Shown here: in pieces, positions 42,117 to 53,587 of the stretch
How the letters are laid out: the number at the start of each line of letters is the position of its first letter
Position numbering within the stretch: position 1 is the stretch's first letter
NCBI GenBank assembly: GCA_964016885.1
Contig: OZ024740.1
Location: 212,908,001-212,972,000 of the forward strand
DNA length: 64,000 nucleotides
Source of the DNA: Eledone cirrhosa
Lineage: Eukaryota
Direction of reading: 5' to 3'
Notes under the pieces: generated by a model
Database searches by the model: none
Told to the model about the DNA's origin: nothing
Seen by the model: only the letters and a program-made list of their open reading frames with translations
Translations under genes and position numbers: made by a program

Positions 42117-44029
42117 ATGTTAAACGAAGCGAACGAAAATAGTGGTGGGGGGACAGCGGTAAGAGTTGTAAGCTCGCACGCTTTAGTCCCCCCCCCCTTC
42201 CTTCCCAACTAACGTCATAGAGAAGGAAGGAAAAAATAAAATAAAAACAGACGAATCTGCGGAGAAAAATGACGAAAACACAAATCTGGACATGGATTCC
42301 AACAACGAAAAAAAAAATTTGAAGAATTGCATGACAATATTAATACCACAAACAAAGACACAACAAACACAAAAATAACATTTGAAAACAACATCATAAC
42401 AGAAAGCAAAGCAGACGACAAAGTCAACACCAACAAGATTTCATTTGCACAAACAACAAAGAAATCTTTGACATATATACCTGAAAATATTTCAGATGTG
42501 GCACAAAGAATCACAGACGCCAAACAATACATAAGTGAAGGAGATAATGGTATTTTATCGGTAAAAATGCCTCAAGAACTCACCAAAGACATTGAAAGTC
42601 GAACGGTCGTGTTCCGCACCATCAACAACACTTCTAAAAAACCTGAACAGCCAACTCAAACAGATATCAAAACAGTACTCACAGAAGTACTTAATGAAAC
42701 CACTTTAATAAGAAAAGACAGACTGTATGGACGCCTAGCAATTATTATGAAGAACGAATCGGCGGCAAAAAATGTGCTTTGTCACCGATTCGTTCGAAAA
42801 ATTTTACCTTTTATCCATCTTATATGGGTAAAAGAACTCAACGCATATGGCTGGATGCAATGATGCCAGATGTGGACTACTGCTGGCTCATAGCTGGCTT
42901 CATCGATCCAGTGAATGACAACGTGATTTCCATTGGGAAAACCACAGGCAATGCGTTCAGTGGAACAGGTATAGAGCTGGTAGTGCAAATGAAGCCTGAA
43001 CGTATCGCCCAAATACCCGACAGAATCCTATTAGAGGGCCACGGGTATATAAACATTAGCGTGGAGGAGAGAAGGCCGTCCTGTCATATCTGTGCAGGCA
43101 GAGGGCACCTGAAGGCCGCTTGTCCCCAACTCAACAAAAAGAAAACCCTGCTACCAACACCAGCTCCACCACCACCACCACAACAGATAAACAAACAACA
43201 AAACTCAGTCCCACCCAACCCGTCCCTCAGTTAAACTACACCACCACCACAACACAAACAGTCACAACACATTACCCCAAAACAAAATACAGGCCCACCC
43301 AACCCCTCACTCAATAAAACAACACAACCACCGCAGCCACAACACACAACACAGTCTAACATAGTGACATCCATCTCCCCCACAAAGAAAACCAACACGG
43401 AAACATTACCAGCAAACATACCTCTTCCCTCCAACACTGAAGATAACCCAACGAATTCGGAGGAAGAAACGGAGTCCTTCAGACAGATTAAAAGGAAAAA
43501 AAGAAAACATGTGCAAAACACACAAGGCCAAACAACCCCCACCCAAATGTCAACACAATCCAACAAAACACAAAACACCCCTCCAGCAACAAACAAAACC
43601 AAACCTGCCCCTCCCCTCTTCGAAACACTCACACCATCCGAAAAAAAGACATTACACTATACTTACATCAACAGAAACAATAATAAATTAAATGAACTCA
43701 TAAACAATAATCCTTCGGTACAAACCGAAGGTGTAAACTTTGTTTCTTCAGAAAACTACCCACATTTAAAATTAATAAAGATCCCAATGAACCTCTACCA
43801 AAAACTAAAAAAGGATTTTAAGGAGGACGTAGGACCACCCTCTGTCAAACCCATAAACCGCGTCCTACTAAAAAGCTTTCCCCCTCCCCTTCCCCTCCCC
43901 AACACAACTCCAAACACCCCAACCCCACCACACACTGACGACCCCACACCACCACAAGACACCCCTTCACCCAACACCCCCGACCCCATGGAAGTCGTGC
44001 GACCCGAACCCCGGGAAGCAGAAAGGTAG
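42117..44029 (+). pseudogene. Unit B ORF1, disrupted
   Basis: RRPSCHICAGRGHLKAACP. Ends PEPREAER*. Confidence 0.88.
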
Positions 44030-44062
44030 GTCTCTACACTCTCCTTTGGCTCTGCCGCCCAC

Positions 44063-47000
44063 ATGGATGTGTTAAGAGTAGGATGTTTGAATGCACGTGG
44101 CCTGGGCTCAACTTGGAAGCAAGCAAAGCTTCTAAATGACCTCAGGTCATGTGGTATAAATGTAATGGTTATCTGTGAGACTCGGATCAGCGTCGTGCGG
44201 CAGCTGGCCCCTACCTTCGATGACTTTGAGGTGCATGCATCTCTCTGTCAACCTGGAGGTGGGGTGGGGTTGTCGTACTGCTGCAAAAACACCTGGGTCT
44301 TGCCGTACAGGTTGTGCACTCGGACCCGGAGGGTCGTTTGTTGGTGCTAGACGTTGGCAGTAGTGAAGGTGCGGCCTTGAGACTGGTCGCCGTCTACTCC
44401 CCTTTCGGAGCTGAACGGCCCGACTTCTTCCAGCGTTTGGAGACTTTTCTGGGAACGTCGCGTTCCCTGCTTCTAGCGGGGGATTGGAATGACATCCTAG
44501 ATGCACGTTGGGACTATGCAGGAGCATGTCCTAATAGAGGGGGGTGTAACAGCCTCAAGGGGTTACTCGACCGTTTTAACTTGGTCGATAGATATCGACT
44601 AGATTTTCCAACTGTGCCTACCTGGACTTGGAGAAACCACAGTGGTCAATCTAGATCGTACTTAGATAGATTCTTAGTTAGAAGTAAGGATAGGGACATA
44701 TTAAGCTGTCCAGAAATGCACACGGTTGGCTATACGGATCACAAATTAGTGACCTGCATAGTCAATCTCGAGAAAACACATAAACAGGGTCCCGGTTACT
44801 GGAAACTTAATTTGTCTTTACCGGCAAAAGAGACTTACAGAAACCGGATTAGCAGATTAGTTAAGGAGAGGTTGACGGGTGCAATCGTCAACAACCGATG
44901 GTGGGCATCTCTCAAAAGAGAGATTAGAACAGAATCAATAAGTTATAGCAAGATGTTAGCTGCCGATAGGAATAGAAACGAGAAAGAATTAACAGGTAAA
45001 TTAGAAGAGGCAATCAAGAGCGAAGATGTGGCCAGAGTTCTGGCATCGAGGACGGCCTTGAACCAGTTTTTCGATGCAAAGCACGAAGGCTGCGTCATTC
45101 GAAGTAAAATACGTGCTCTAGGTAATGAGGGGGCCAAAGCCGTTGGCTGGGCCTGCGTGACAGAAGCTAAGAGTGGAAATCGATCCACCATCCGGTCGTT
45201 GCAAGACGAGGATGGACGGGTGATCCGGGAGCCTAAGCAGATGTGCGAGGCCTTTCAAAGGCACTTTGCCCGATTATTCGGGGGAGGCGAGGGTCCGGGC
45301 GGGGTCGTGGATTTCGGTCCATACCTCGACGGCCTGCCGCGTCTCTCGAGCGAAGAGGCAGAGTCCTGCGAGGGACCAATCTCGGCTGATGAGATCGGAG
45401 ATGTGCTGAGCCAATGCAGCAGACGCAAATCTCCAGGTCTCGATGGTATACCTTACGAACTTTATTTAGCAATGCCGGTCTTCTTCTCCGAACTCCTCGA
45501 AGCGGTCTACTGCAATTGGCAGCAGAACGGGAGAATTCCTTGTTCTGTAGCCAAGGGCGTAGTCTCGCTGGTGAGGAAGGACGAGAACAAGGGGATAGTA
45601 TAAATAATTTTCGGCCCATAACCCTGCTAAACACAGAGTTAAAGATTTTGGCCAAGGTGTTAGCAAAGAGGTTGGCGCTTGTCGTGGGTGGCCTGGTGGG
45701 AGATGCGCAGACATGTGCTATCCCATCCAGGTCCATTCACGATAACCTCCACCTCATGCGATATATCATAGAGAGGGTTGGCAACAAACCCGGCTTCGGT
45801 GGGGCCCTGATCAACTTGGATCAGTCTAAGGCCTTCGATAGGGTCGACCATGGTTACCTGGATGCGGTGCTAACGGCGGCTGGGTTCGGTCCTGTTTTCA
45901 GAGGCTGGATCACTGCCTTACATAGCAACCACATCTGTTCTAGGATCAAGGTGAACGGCTACCTTTCGAAGCCGTTCGAAATCACACGATCCATTCGACA
46001 GGGGTGCCCTCTCTCCTCCCTTCTGTACGTATTGACTCTCGAGCCTTTACTGAGGAAGTTAGAGTTGTTGCAGGGTATCCCCCTGGAACCAGGATTGAGC
46101 AAAGCGGTGTCGGCCTACGCCGATGACGTAACAGTAATGGTATCGACCGACTCGGAAATCGAGGCGATCGGTACCTTACTGGAGGATTACGAAAGGTTGT
46201 CAGGAGCGAAACTGAACCGGGAAAAATCCATCGGGTTGCAACTCGGAACGTGGAGAGGCAGACCGATGCCTCCCGACGGTGTCGTCGGACACTGGACGGA
46301 GGGCCCGGTAAAGTTGCTTGCGGTCTGGTTTGGACCGGACCTCCAGGTGGAAAAGAACTGGGACGAGGTTACGAACAAGGTGTTTGCACTAACCCAGAAA
46401 TGGGCCAAGTGTAGGCTGTCCCTAAAAGGCCGGGCGGAGGTGGCGAACATTTACATAGCGTCCGTCACTTACTACCGCCTGACTGTCGTGCCTTGCCCTA
46501 AGGAAACACTCACCACCATGGAACGCATGCTCTTCCAATTTCTTTGGAAGAAGCGCACTCCTATGGTGAGAAGATCCATCTGCTGCCAACAACCTTCGAA
46601 AGGAGGGCTGGGGATGCCGTGGTTGATGATGCGTAGGCACGCATTAAGGCTACGGCACCTACAGGTATTCCTCACTGGTCAACCGGTGTGGGCTCCGTTC
46701 GTGAAACGAGCCTTTCCGAGACTCGTCTCGCTCACCGAGCTGCAGTCCTGGATCAAGCAAAGATCCGGAAAACTGGGAGACTGGCACACTGAGTGTGCTC
46801 AGGCGCTCAGGGCTCTCTGGCAAGCGGGCCAGGCCATCGGTGGAGAATCCACCTCATCATTCTATAGAGGGCTGGTGGCTAGCAGGGGCGATGACACCCT
46901 TGGAGAGTCGCTGGACATGGAAGAGGACGAACTGGCCAGACTGTTCGGTAGGACTTTCGGCCCGGGACCAATGGACAACTTCCAGAAGTCACTAGCCTGG

Positions 47001-47498
47001 CAGTGCTACCGGGGGGCTCTACCCGTTCGAGAGAGGCTCTACAGACACGGGCGCCCGGGCAGGGATCCCTCAAAAAAGATTTGCCCTAGATGCGTGCGTC
47101 ACGAAGAAACCGTTGCGCACGCATTGGTGCAATGTCCGGGCGTGGCTGATCTGTGGGGCTACGCCGAACGACTGCTGTCGCGGGTGGCGCCGATTCAATT
47201 GACCGCCGAGTCCGTGATGACAATCAAACCGCCTCCCCTCTTCACAAAGGAAGCAAAGAGGGTTTTTCTGTGCGTAATAGCCATGTTGAAAGAGGTTGTT
47301 TGGTGGACACGATTGAAAGGTCTGAGGTCAGGCAACTTCCTCTCTGGCCATAGTCTGGTCTACTTCTTCCGATATCACTTCGGAAGAAGGATAAGAATGG
47401 AGAGAGAGGTGCTTGGCCACAGGCAGTTTTATGAAAGGTGGGTGATAGTGGCGAGAATGGCTCGTGTAAATGGGCCTTCTCTGTATACCATCCTGTAG
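44063..47498 (+). pseudogene. Unit B ORF2, two frameshifts
   Basis: ORF pieces 44063-, 44314- and 45414-47498 with APE and RT motifs. Confidence 0.93.
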
Positions 47499-47712
47499 GT
47501 AAAAAAGTGAAGGAGAGGGGAGCACCTTCTCCATGTACTCCCCGGGCAAAGGATTGCACACTTTTTCGGGGGTGTGTGCAACCCCCATCACGTCCCCTCC
47601 CTTTTGAGGTTATTTTCGATTATTTTCATTTTATATCCTTTTTACTCGATTGCACGTAAACTCCCCCTTTGTATTTGTCCCTTCTTTTTATGCCTTTATG
47701 GTAAATAAAGAA

Positions 47713-47743
<31 letters not shown>

Positions 47744-47960
47744 AGACGTGTGTAACTTCGCGGAGAAGTTTCCGTTAATTTATGTAAGGAAAAAACGTGA
47801 GTTTTTAGTTCAATTTTATATCATTGTGTAACTTGACCACCCGTCTGGACCTTCAGGTGGTGGGTCAACTCATTTTCGCCCCTTCAGGGGCGGAATATCC
47901 ATTTAAAAAAATTTTCTCCATCGAATCTTGAAAAAAATATTGTAAAATTTTGATTACGTT

Positions 47961-49871
47961 ATGAACGCTGCGTCCAACGATAATGGTGGTGGAGAGGCGG
48001 TAAGACTACAAAGCTCGCAGTCAACAACGTCTTCTTCACTAGATACTATAGAGATGGAAAGACAAAATGAAAATAAAAAAAACGAATTCACATCCAAACA
48101 ACACAAATGACACCAAACAGCTCAATGACAACAAAAATAACAGCAAAACCAATAATGATGATAAAAGTAACAATGATAACAACAACAAAGAAAAAAATAA
48201 AGACAACGCCAATAACACCAGCATCAAAGACAACAACAACACCAAGGAAAATACGGATGATACCAACATCGGTGACAACAAGAATAACAACAACAATAAC
48301 AACAATAATGACAACACCACCAATACGGATTCCACAAAGAAACCAAAAAATCTCCTTTGCGGAGAAAGTTCAAAAGAAAGAACAATTGATACATCTCAAA
48401 TGCTGAACAACTTTTAAAGGACGCTAAGAGATATGTCACTTTCGAAAAAAATGGTGCTTTCAGCATCAATTCTCCGGTCGAAATTCGCAAGGAAACTGCT
48501 CTCAAAACGATAGTTTTTAGGACAGTTTCCAATTCTACCCGAAAACCAGTCCAATTGTCACAGAAAGATATTGAACTGGTTTTCAAAGATTCAATGAATG
48601 ATATTGCATTCATTCAAAGAAGCAAACTTTTTGGGAGTATTTCGGTACTGATGAAGGATCAATTGACGGCCCAAAATTACTCTGTGTCGCCAATTGTATC
48701 CAACCTGTACACCTTTTTCCCTACATACATGGGAAAAAGGACACAAAAGATCAGAATCACAAGTGTCACACCAAAGGTGAACATATGGTGGATACTGTGC
48801 GGCTTCATCAATTTTGATGAAGACAGAATACTGTCAGTAGGAAAGTCCCCCAGAGATGTATTCAATGGGACTAGCATTGAAGTTCTGGTGCAAATGAGCC
48901 CAGAGCGAATAGCTATGATCCCACAGCGTGTACTCCTGGACGGACTCACCTACATAAACCTTTCGGTTGAGGGTAGGCGGCCTTCATGTTACCATTGCTT
49001 TAGCAGGGGTCACCTGAGGGCTTCCTGTCCTAAACTAATGAACCAAAAAAAGGCTCTTCTGCCGACACCCATCAAAACAACACAACCACCAACACCACCA
49101 CAACAACAACAACACCAACACACAAAAATAACCACAACAAACACAGTCCCATCCAACCTCACTCCACCTAAAACCACTGCAAAATCACATACAGACACAA
49201 CAGCTCCCCAAGACATACCCCTCCCCAATCATACAGACGATACAACAGATGAGGCTATCTCGCCATCACCCAGTGAAGACGAGGGAGAACCCCATCGCTC
49301 GAAAAGAAAGAAAAGACATCACAAAAGCAAAAAACCAGCAAACACTACCACAAACATACAACCACCAACACAAACAACAAAAATATCACAAACAAAACCC
49401 CCACCTCCTGAAAACAAAATACCTACAACAAAACGAAAGCACACACAAGAACTACAGACAAAAACAAACACAACACAAGAAAATTACACTTACACTTACA
49501 TAAACACTGAAAACAAAACACAAATGGAGACCATCACGAACGACCCTTCGGTTTTCACCGAAGGGAAAACTTTCGCCCACTCTATTAAAAATAGCAAAAA
49601 ACTGAACCTAAAACTGATTAGGGTCCCTATACAAACTTATAGGTCCCTAAAAGAAACATTTGAGAAGGATGTGGGGAATTCCTGCGTGAAACCACTCAAC
49701 CGCGTCCTTCTCAAATGCCTCCCCACCCCAGACACCCCCATCCCACCAGACCCCACCCCACCAAACATCTGCGTCCCCACCCCGCCGGAAACTACCACCC
49801 ATCCAGACAACCCCTCCAACACCCCCATGGAAATCGTGCGGCCTGGTCCCCAGGAGGCGAAGGGTGAGTGA
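47961..49871 (+). pseudogene. Unit C ORF1, frameshifted in the N-terminal part
   Basis: RRPSCYHCFSRGHLRASCP. Ends PQEAKGE*. Confidence 0.88.
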
Positions 49872-49904
49872 TCTCTTTTCCTCTTTTAACTTTTCAGCAC
49901 CAAC

Positions 49905-52900
49905 ATGGCCAATATAAGAGTTGGATGTGTGAACGTACGCGGCCTGGGGATGCCCTGGAAACAGGGCAAACTCTTAAACGACCTCAGGTCGCACAGTTTG
50001 GATGTGGTAGCCATTTGCGATCCAGGATCCACGGCGAGCGACAGCTGGCCCCCATCTTCGATGACTTTGAGATCTATGCATCTCTCTGTCAACCGGGGGG
50101 TGGGAGCGGAGTTGCCGTTTTGCTGCGGAAACACCTGGGCCTCGTAACACAGACGGTACATCTGGACCCGGAGGGTCGACTGGTGGTCCTAGACGTTGAC
50201 GGTAGTGAAGGTGGAGCCTTCAGGCTGGTGGCCGCATATGCCCCATCCGGGACACCGCGGCCAGACTTCTTCAAACGTCTAGAGACTTTTCTGGGAACGT
50301 CCCGCTCCTTGCTTTTAGTGGGGGACTGGAATGGAATCCTAGATGCACGTTGGGACTATGTGGGAACATGTCCCGAAAAAGGGGGGTGTAACAGCCTCAA
50401 ACAGTTAATCGACCGATTTGACCTGGCCGATAGATATCGACTAGATTTTCCGACTGCGCCACTGTGGACGTGGAGTAATCGTAGCGGAACATCTAGATCG
50501 TACCTAGATAGGGTTCTAGTTAGAAATAAGGATAGGGACATGTTAAGCTGTCCACAAATGTTCATGGTTGCCTATTCAGATCACAAACTAGTGACCTGCA
50601 TGGCCAACCTTGATAGAAACCATAGACAAGGACCCGGCTACTGGAAGCTGAACTTGTCGTTACCGACAAGCAAAGCCTACAGTAGACGGATTAGCACATT
50701 AGTTAAACAGCACTTGACAGGGGCCATTGTCAACAACAAATGGTGGTACTCTCTCAAGAGGGCAGTTAGATTAGACTCGATAGTTTTTAGTAAAGAATTA
50801 GCGTTAGATAGAAATAGAACCGAGAAGGAACTGGTAGATAAAGTAGAAGAGGCAATTAGAAGTGGCAACGTAGCCAGCGTGCTAGCAACGAGAACGGCCT
50901 TGGACCAGTTCTTCGACGCAAAGCACGAGGGCTGCGTTGTCAGAAGCAAAATACGTGCTCTGGGAAACGAGGGAGCCAAAGCTGTTAGCTGGGCCCGAGT
51001 GATGGAGGCAAAAAGTGGCAACAATCCACGATTCGGTCTTTGAAGGACCAAAACGGACGCGTGATACGTGAGCCGAAGCAGATGTGTGCGGCTTTTCAGC
51101 GGCACTTTGCTCGGCTGTTCGGGGGGAGCGGCGCGCCGGGAGAGGCTATGCATTTTGGTCCATACCTCGACGGCCTACCGCGACTCTCGGACAGTGAGGC
51201 GAAGTTTTGCGAAAAGCCGATTTCAGCCACTGAGATAGGGGACGCGCTGAGCCAATGCGGCAAACGCAAATCTCCAGGTCTCGACGGTCTACCCTACGAA
51301 TTTTACGTAGCAATGCCGGACTTATTCTCCGGTCTCCTGGAAGCGGTCTACTGCAACTGGCAACAGAACGGGAGAATTCCCAGTTCTGTAACCGGGGGCG
51401 TGGTCACACTAATCAGGAAGGACGAGAATAAGGGGGATGACATAGGCAACTTCCGGCCCATAGCTCTGCTAAACACAGAGTTACAGATTTTGGCCAAGGT
51501 GTTGGCAAAGAGGCTGGCGCTTGTCGTCGAGAACCTGGTGGGAGAAGCGCAGACATGCGCGATCCCGACCAGGTCCATACACGACAACCTCCACCTCATG
51601 CGATACATCATAGAGAGGGTAGGGTGTAAACCCGGCTTCGGTGGGGCCCTGATCAACTTGGATCAGTCTAAGGCTTTCGATAGGGTTGACCATCGTTACC
51701 TGGATGCGGTGCTCGAGGCGGCAGGCTTCGGACCCTTGTTCAGGGGCTGGATTGCTGCAATGCACAACAGCAACATCTGCTCAAGGGTCAAGGTGAACGG
51801 TTACCTCTCGGAGCCGTTCCATATTATGCGATCCATTCGACAGGGATGCCCTCTCTCCTCCCTTCTGTAAGTACTGACTCTCGAGCCACTACTGCGGAAG
51901 CTGGAGCTATTGCAGGGCATCCCTCTGGAACCGGGACTGCGGAAAGCGGCGTCGGCCTACGCCGACGACGTGACAGTAATGGTGTCGATCGCCTCGCAAA
52001 TCGAGGAAGTCGGCACCTACTAAAGGAATACGAAAGTCTCACAGGAGCGAAGCTGAACCGGGACAAGTCCATCGGTTTGCAACTCGGATCGTGGAGAGGC
52101 AGACCGATGCCTTCCGATGGCGTCGTCGGACGCTGGACGGAAGGACCGGTAAAGCTGCTCGGGGTCTGGTTTGGTCCGGACCTCCAGGTGGAGAAGAACT
52201 GGAACGAAGTGACGGCCAAGGTATTTTCACTCACCCAGAAGTGGGCCGAGTGCAAACTATCCTTGAAAGGTCGAGCGGAGGTGGCGAACACTTTTATAGC
52301 GTCCGCCATCTACTACCGCTTGACCGTCGTGCCTTGTCCAGCCAAAACGCTCGCCAAAATGGAGCGCGCCCTCTTCCGATTCCTTTGGAAGAGGCGGGCT
52401 CCTTTGGTAAGAAGATCCATCTGCTGCCAACACCCTTCTAACGGAGGGCTGGGGATGCCGTGGTTGACGATGCGCAAACACGCGCTCAGACTGCGGCATC
52501 TCTACGTATTCCTCACCGGACAACCGGTGTGGGCCCCGTTCGTGAGGCGAGCCTTCCCACGAATCATCTCGCTGACCGAGCTGCAGTCCTGGGTCAAACA
52601 GAGACCGAGGAAAATGGGCGACTGGCACATCGAATGTGCTCAGGCGCTCACAGCCCTCTGGCAGGCGGACCCGGCGATCAGTGGAGACTCCACTTCGTCA
52701 TTCTATAGAGGGTTGGTCCGCAGAAAGTGCGACGACGCGCTCGGTGAAACTCTAGGCGTCGAGGAAGATGAACTGGCCAGTCTGTTCGGTAGGACCTTCC
52801 GCCCGGGACCGATGGACAACTTCCAAAAGTCCCTGGCCTGGCAGTGCTACCGAGGAGCTCTACCAGTTCGAGACAAGCTCTACAGACATGGGCGCCCGGG

Positions 52901-53339
52901 AAGGGACTCTGCAAAAAAGATCTGTCCGAGGTGCGTGCGAGACAAAGAAACCGTTGCGCACGCATTCATACACTGCCCGGGCGTCACTGACCTGTGGGGC
53001 TATGTAGAACGACTATTGTCGCCGGTGGGACCAATCCAGTTGACCACCGAGTCCATTGTCATGATCAAACCGCCACCCTCCTTCAAAAACGAAGGAGAGG
53101 CGGTTTTCCTTTGTGTGATAGCTATGGCGAAAGAGGTTGTATGGTGGACAAGGTTGAAAGGGCTGAGGTCAGACACCTTTCTCTCCGGCCAACAACTGAT
53201 TCTTTTTTTCAAATACCACTTTGGAAGAAGAATCAGGATGGAGAGAGAGGTGCTGTACCCCAGCAAGTTTTATGAAAGGTGGGTGAAAGTGGCGAGAATG
53301 GCCCGAGTGAATGGGCCTTCTCTCTATATCAGCCTGTAG
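49905..53339 (+). pseudogene. Unit C ORF2, disrupted
   Basis: APE/RT motifs, frameshifts near 50020, 51025 and 52015, and a stop at 51868. Confidence 0.93.
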
Positions 53340-53587
53340 GTTGAGGAAAAGGAGGAGGAGAGGAAAGGAGTACAAGCTCTTCGTACTCCTGGAGATGAGG
53401 GTTGCACATTTTTTTTCGGGGGTATGTGTTACCCATATAAACTGTCTCCCTCTATTGGGGAAAATCGACTAACTTTTAAATTCCATCTGTGATAACATTT
53501 TACACGTTTTTATTGTATGTAAACTTCCCCCTTTGTATTTGTCCCCTTCTTTTGTGCCCCTGTGGCTAATAAAGAAATATATCTATC

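Larger units (their letters stand above)
41866..47743 (+). mobile_element. Tx1-like LINE array unit B (second family)
   Basis: Same layout with diverged UTRs and ORF1. (TATC)n tail at 47714-47743. Confidence 0.95.
47744..53587 (+). mobile_element. Tx1-like LINE array unit C (third family)
   Basis: Starts AGACGTGTGTAACT directly after (TATC)n and ends AATAAAGAAATATATCTATC. Confidence 0.95.

Noticed and set aside
49864-49897. 34-nt GT..AG mini-intron fusing ORF1 to ORF2 in unit C
   Set aside because: Too short, and the AG is absent in A, B, D and E
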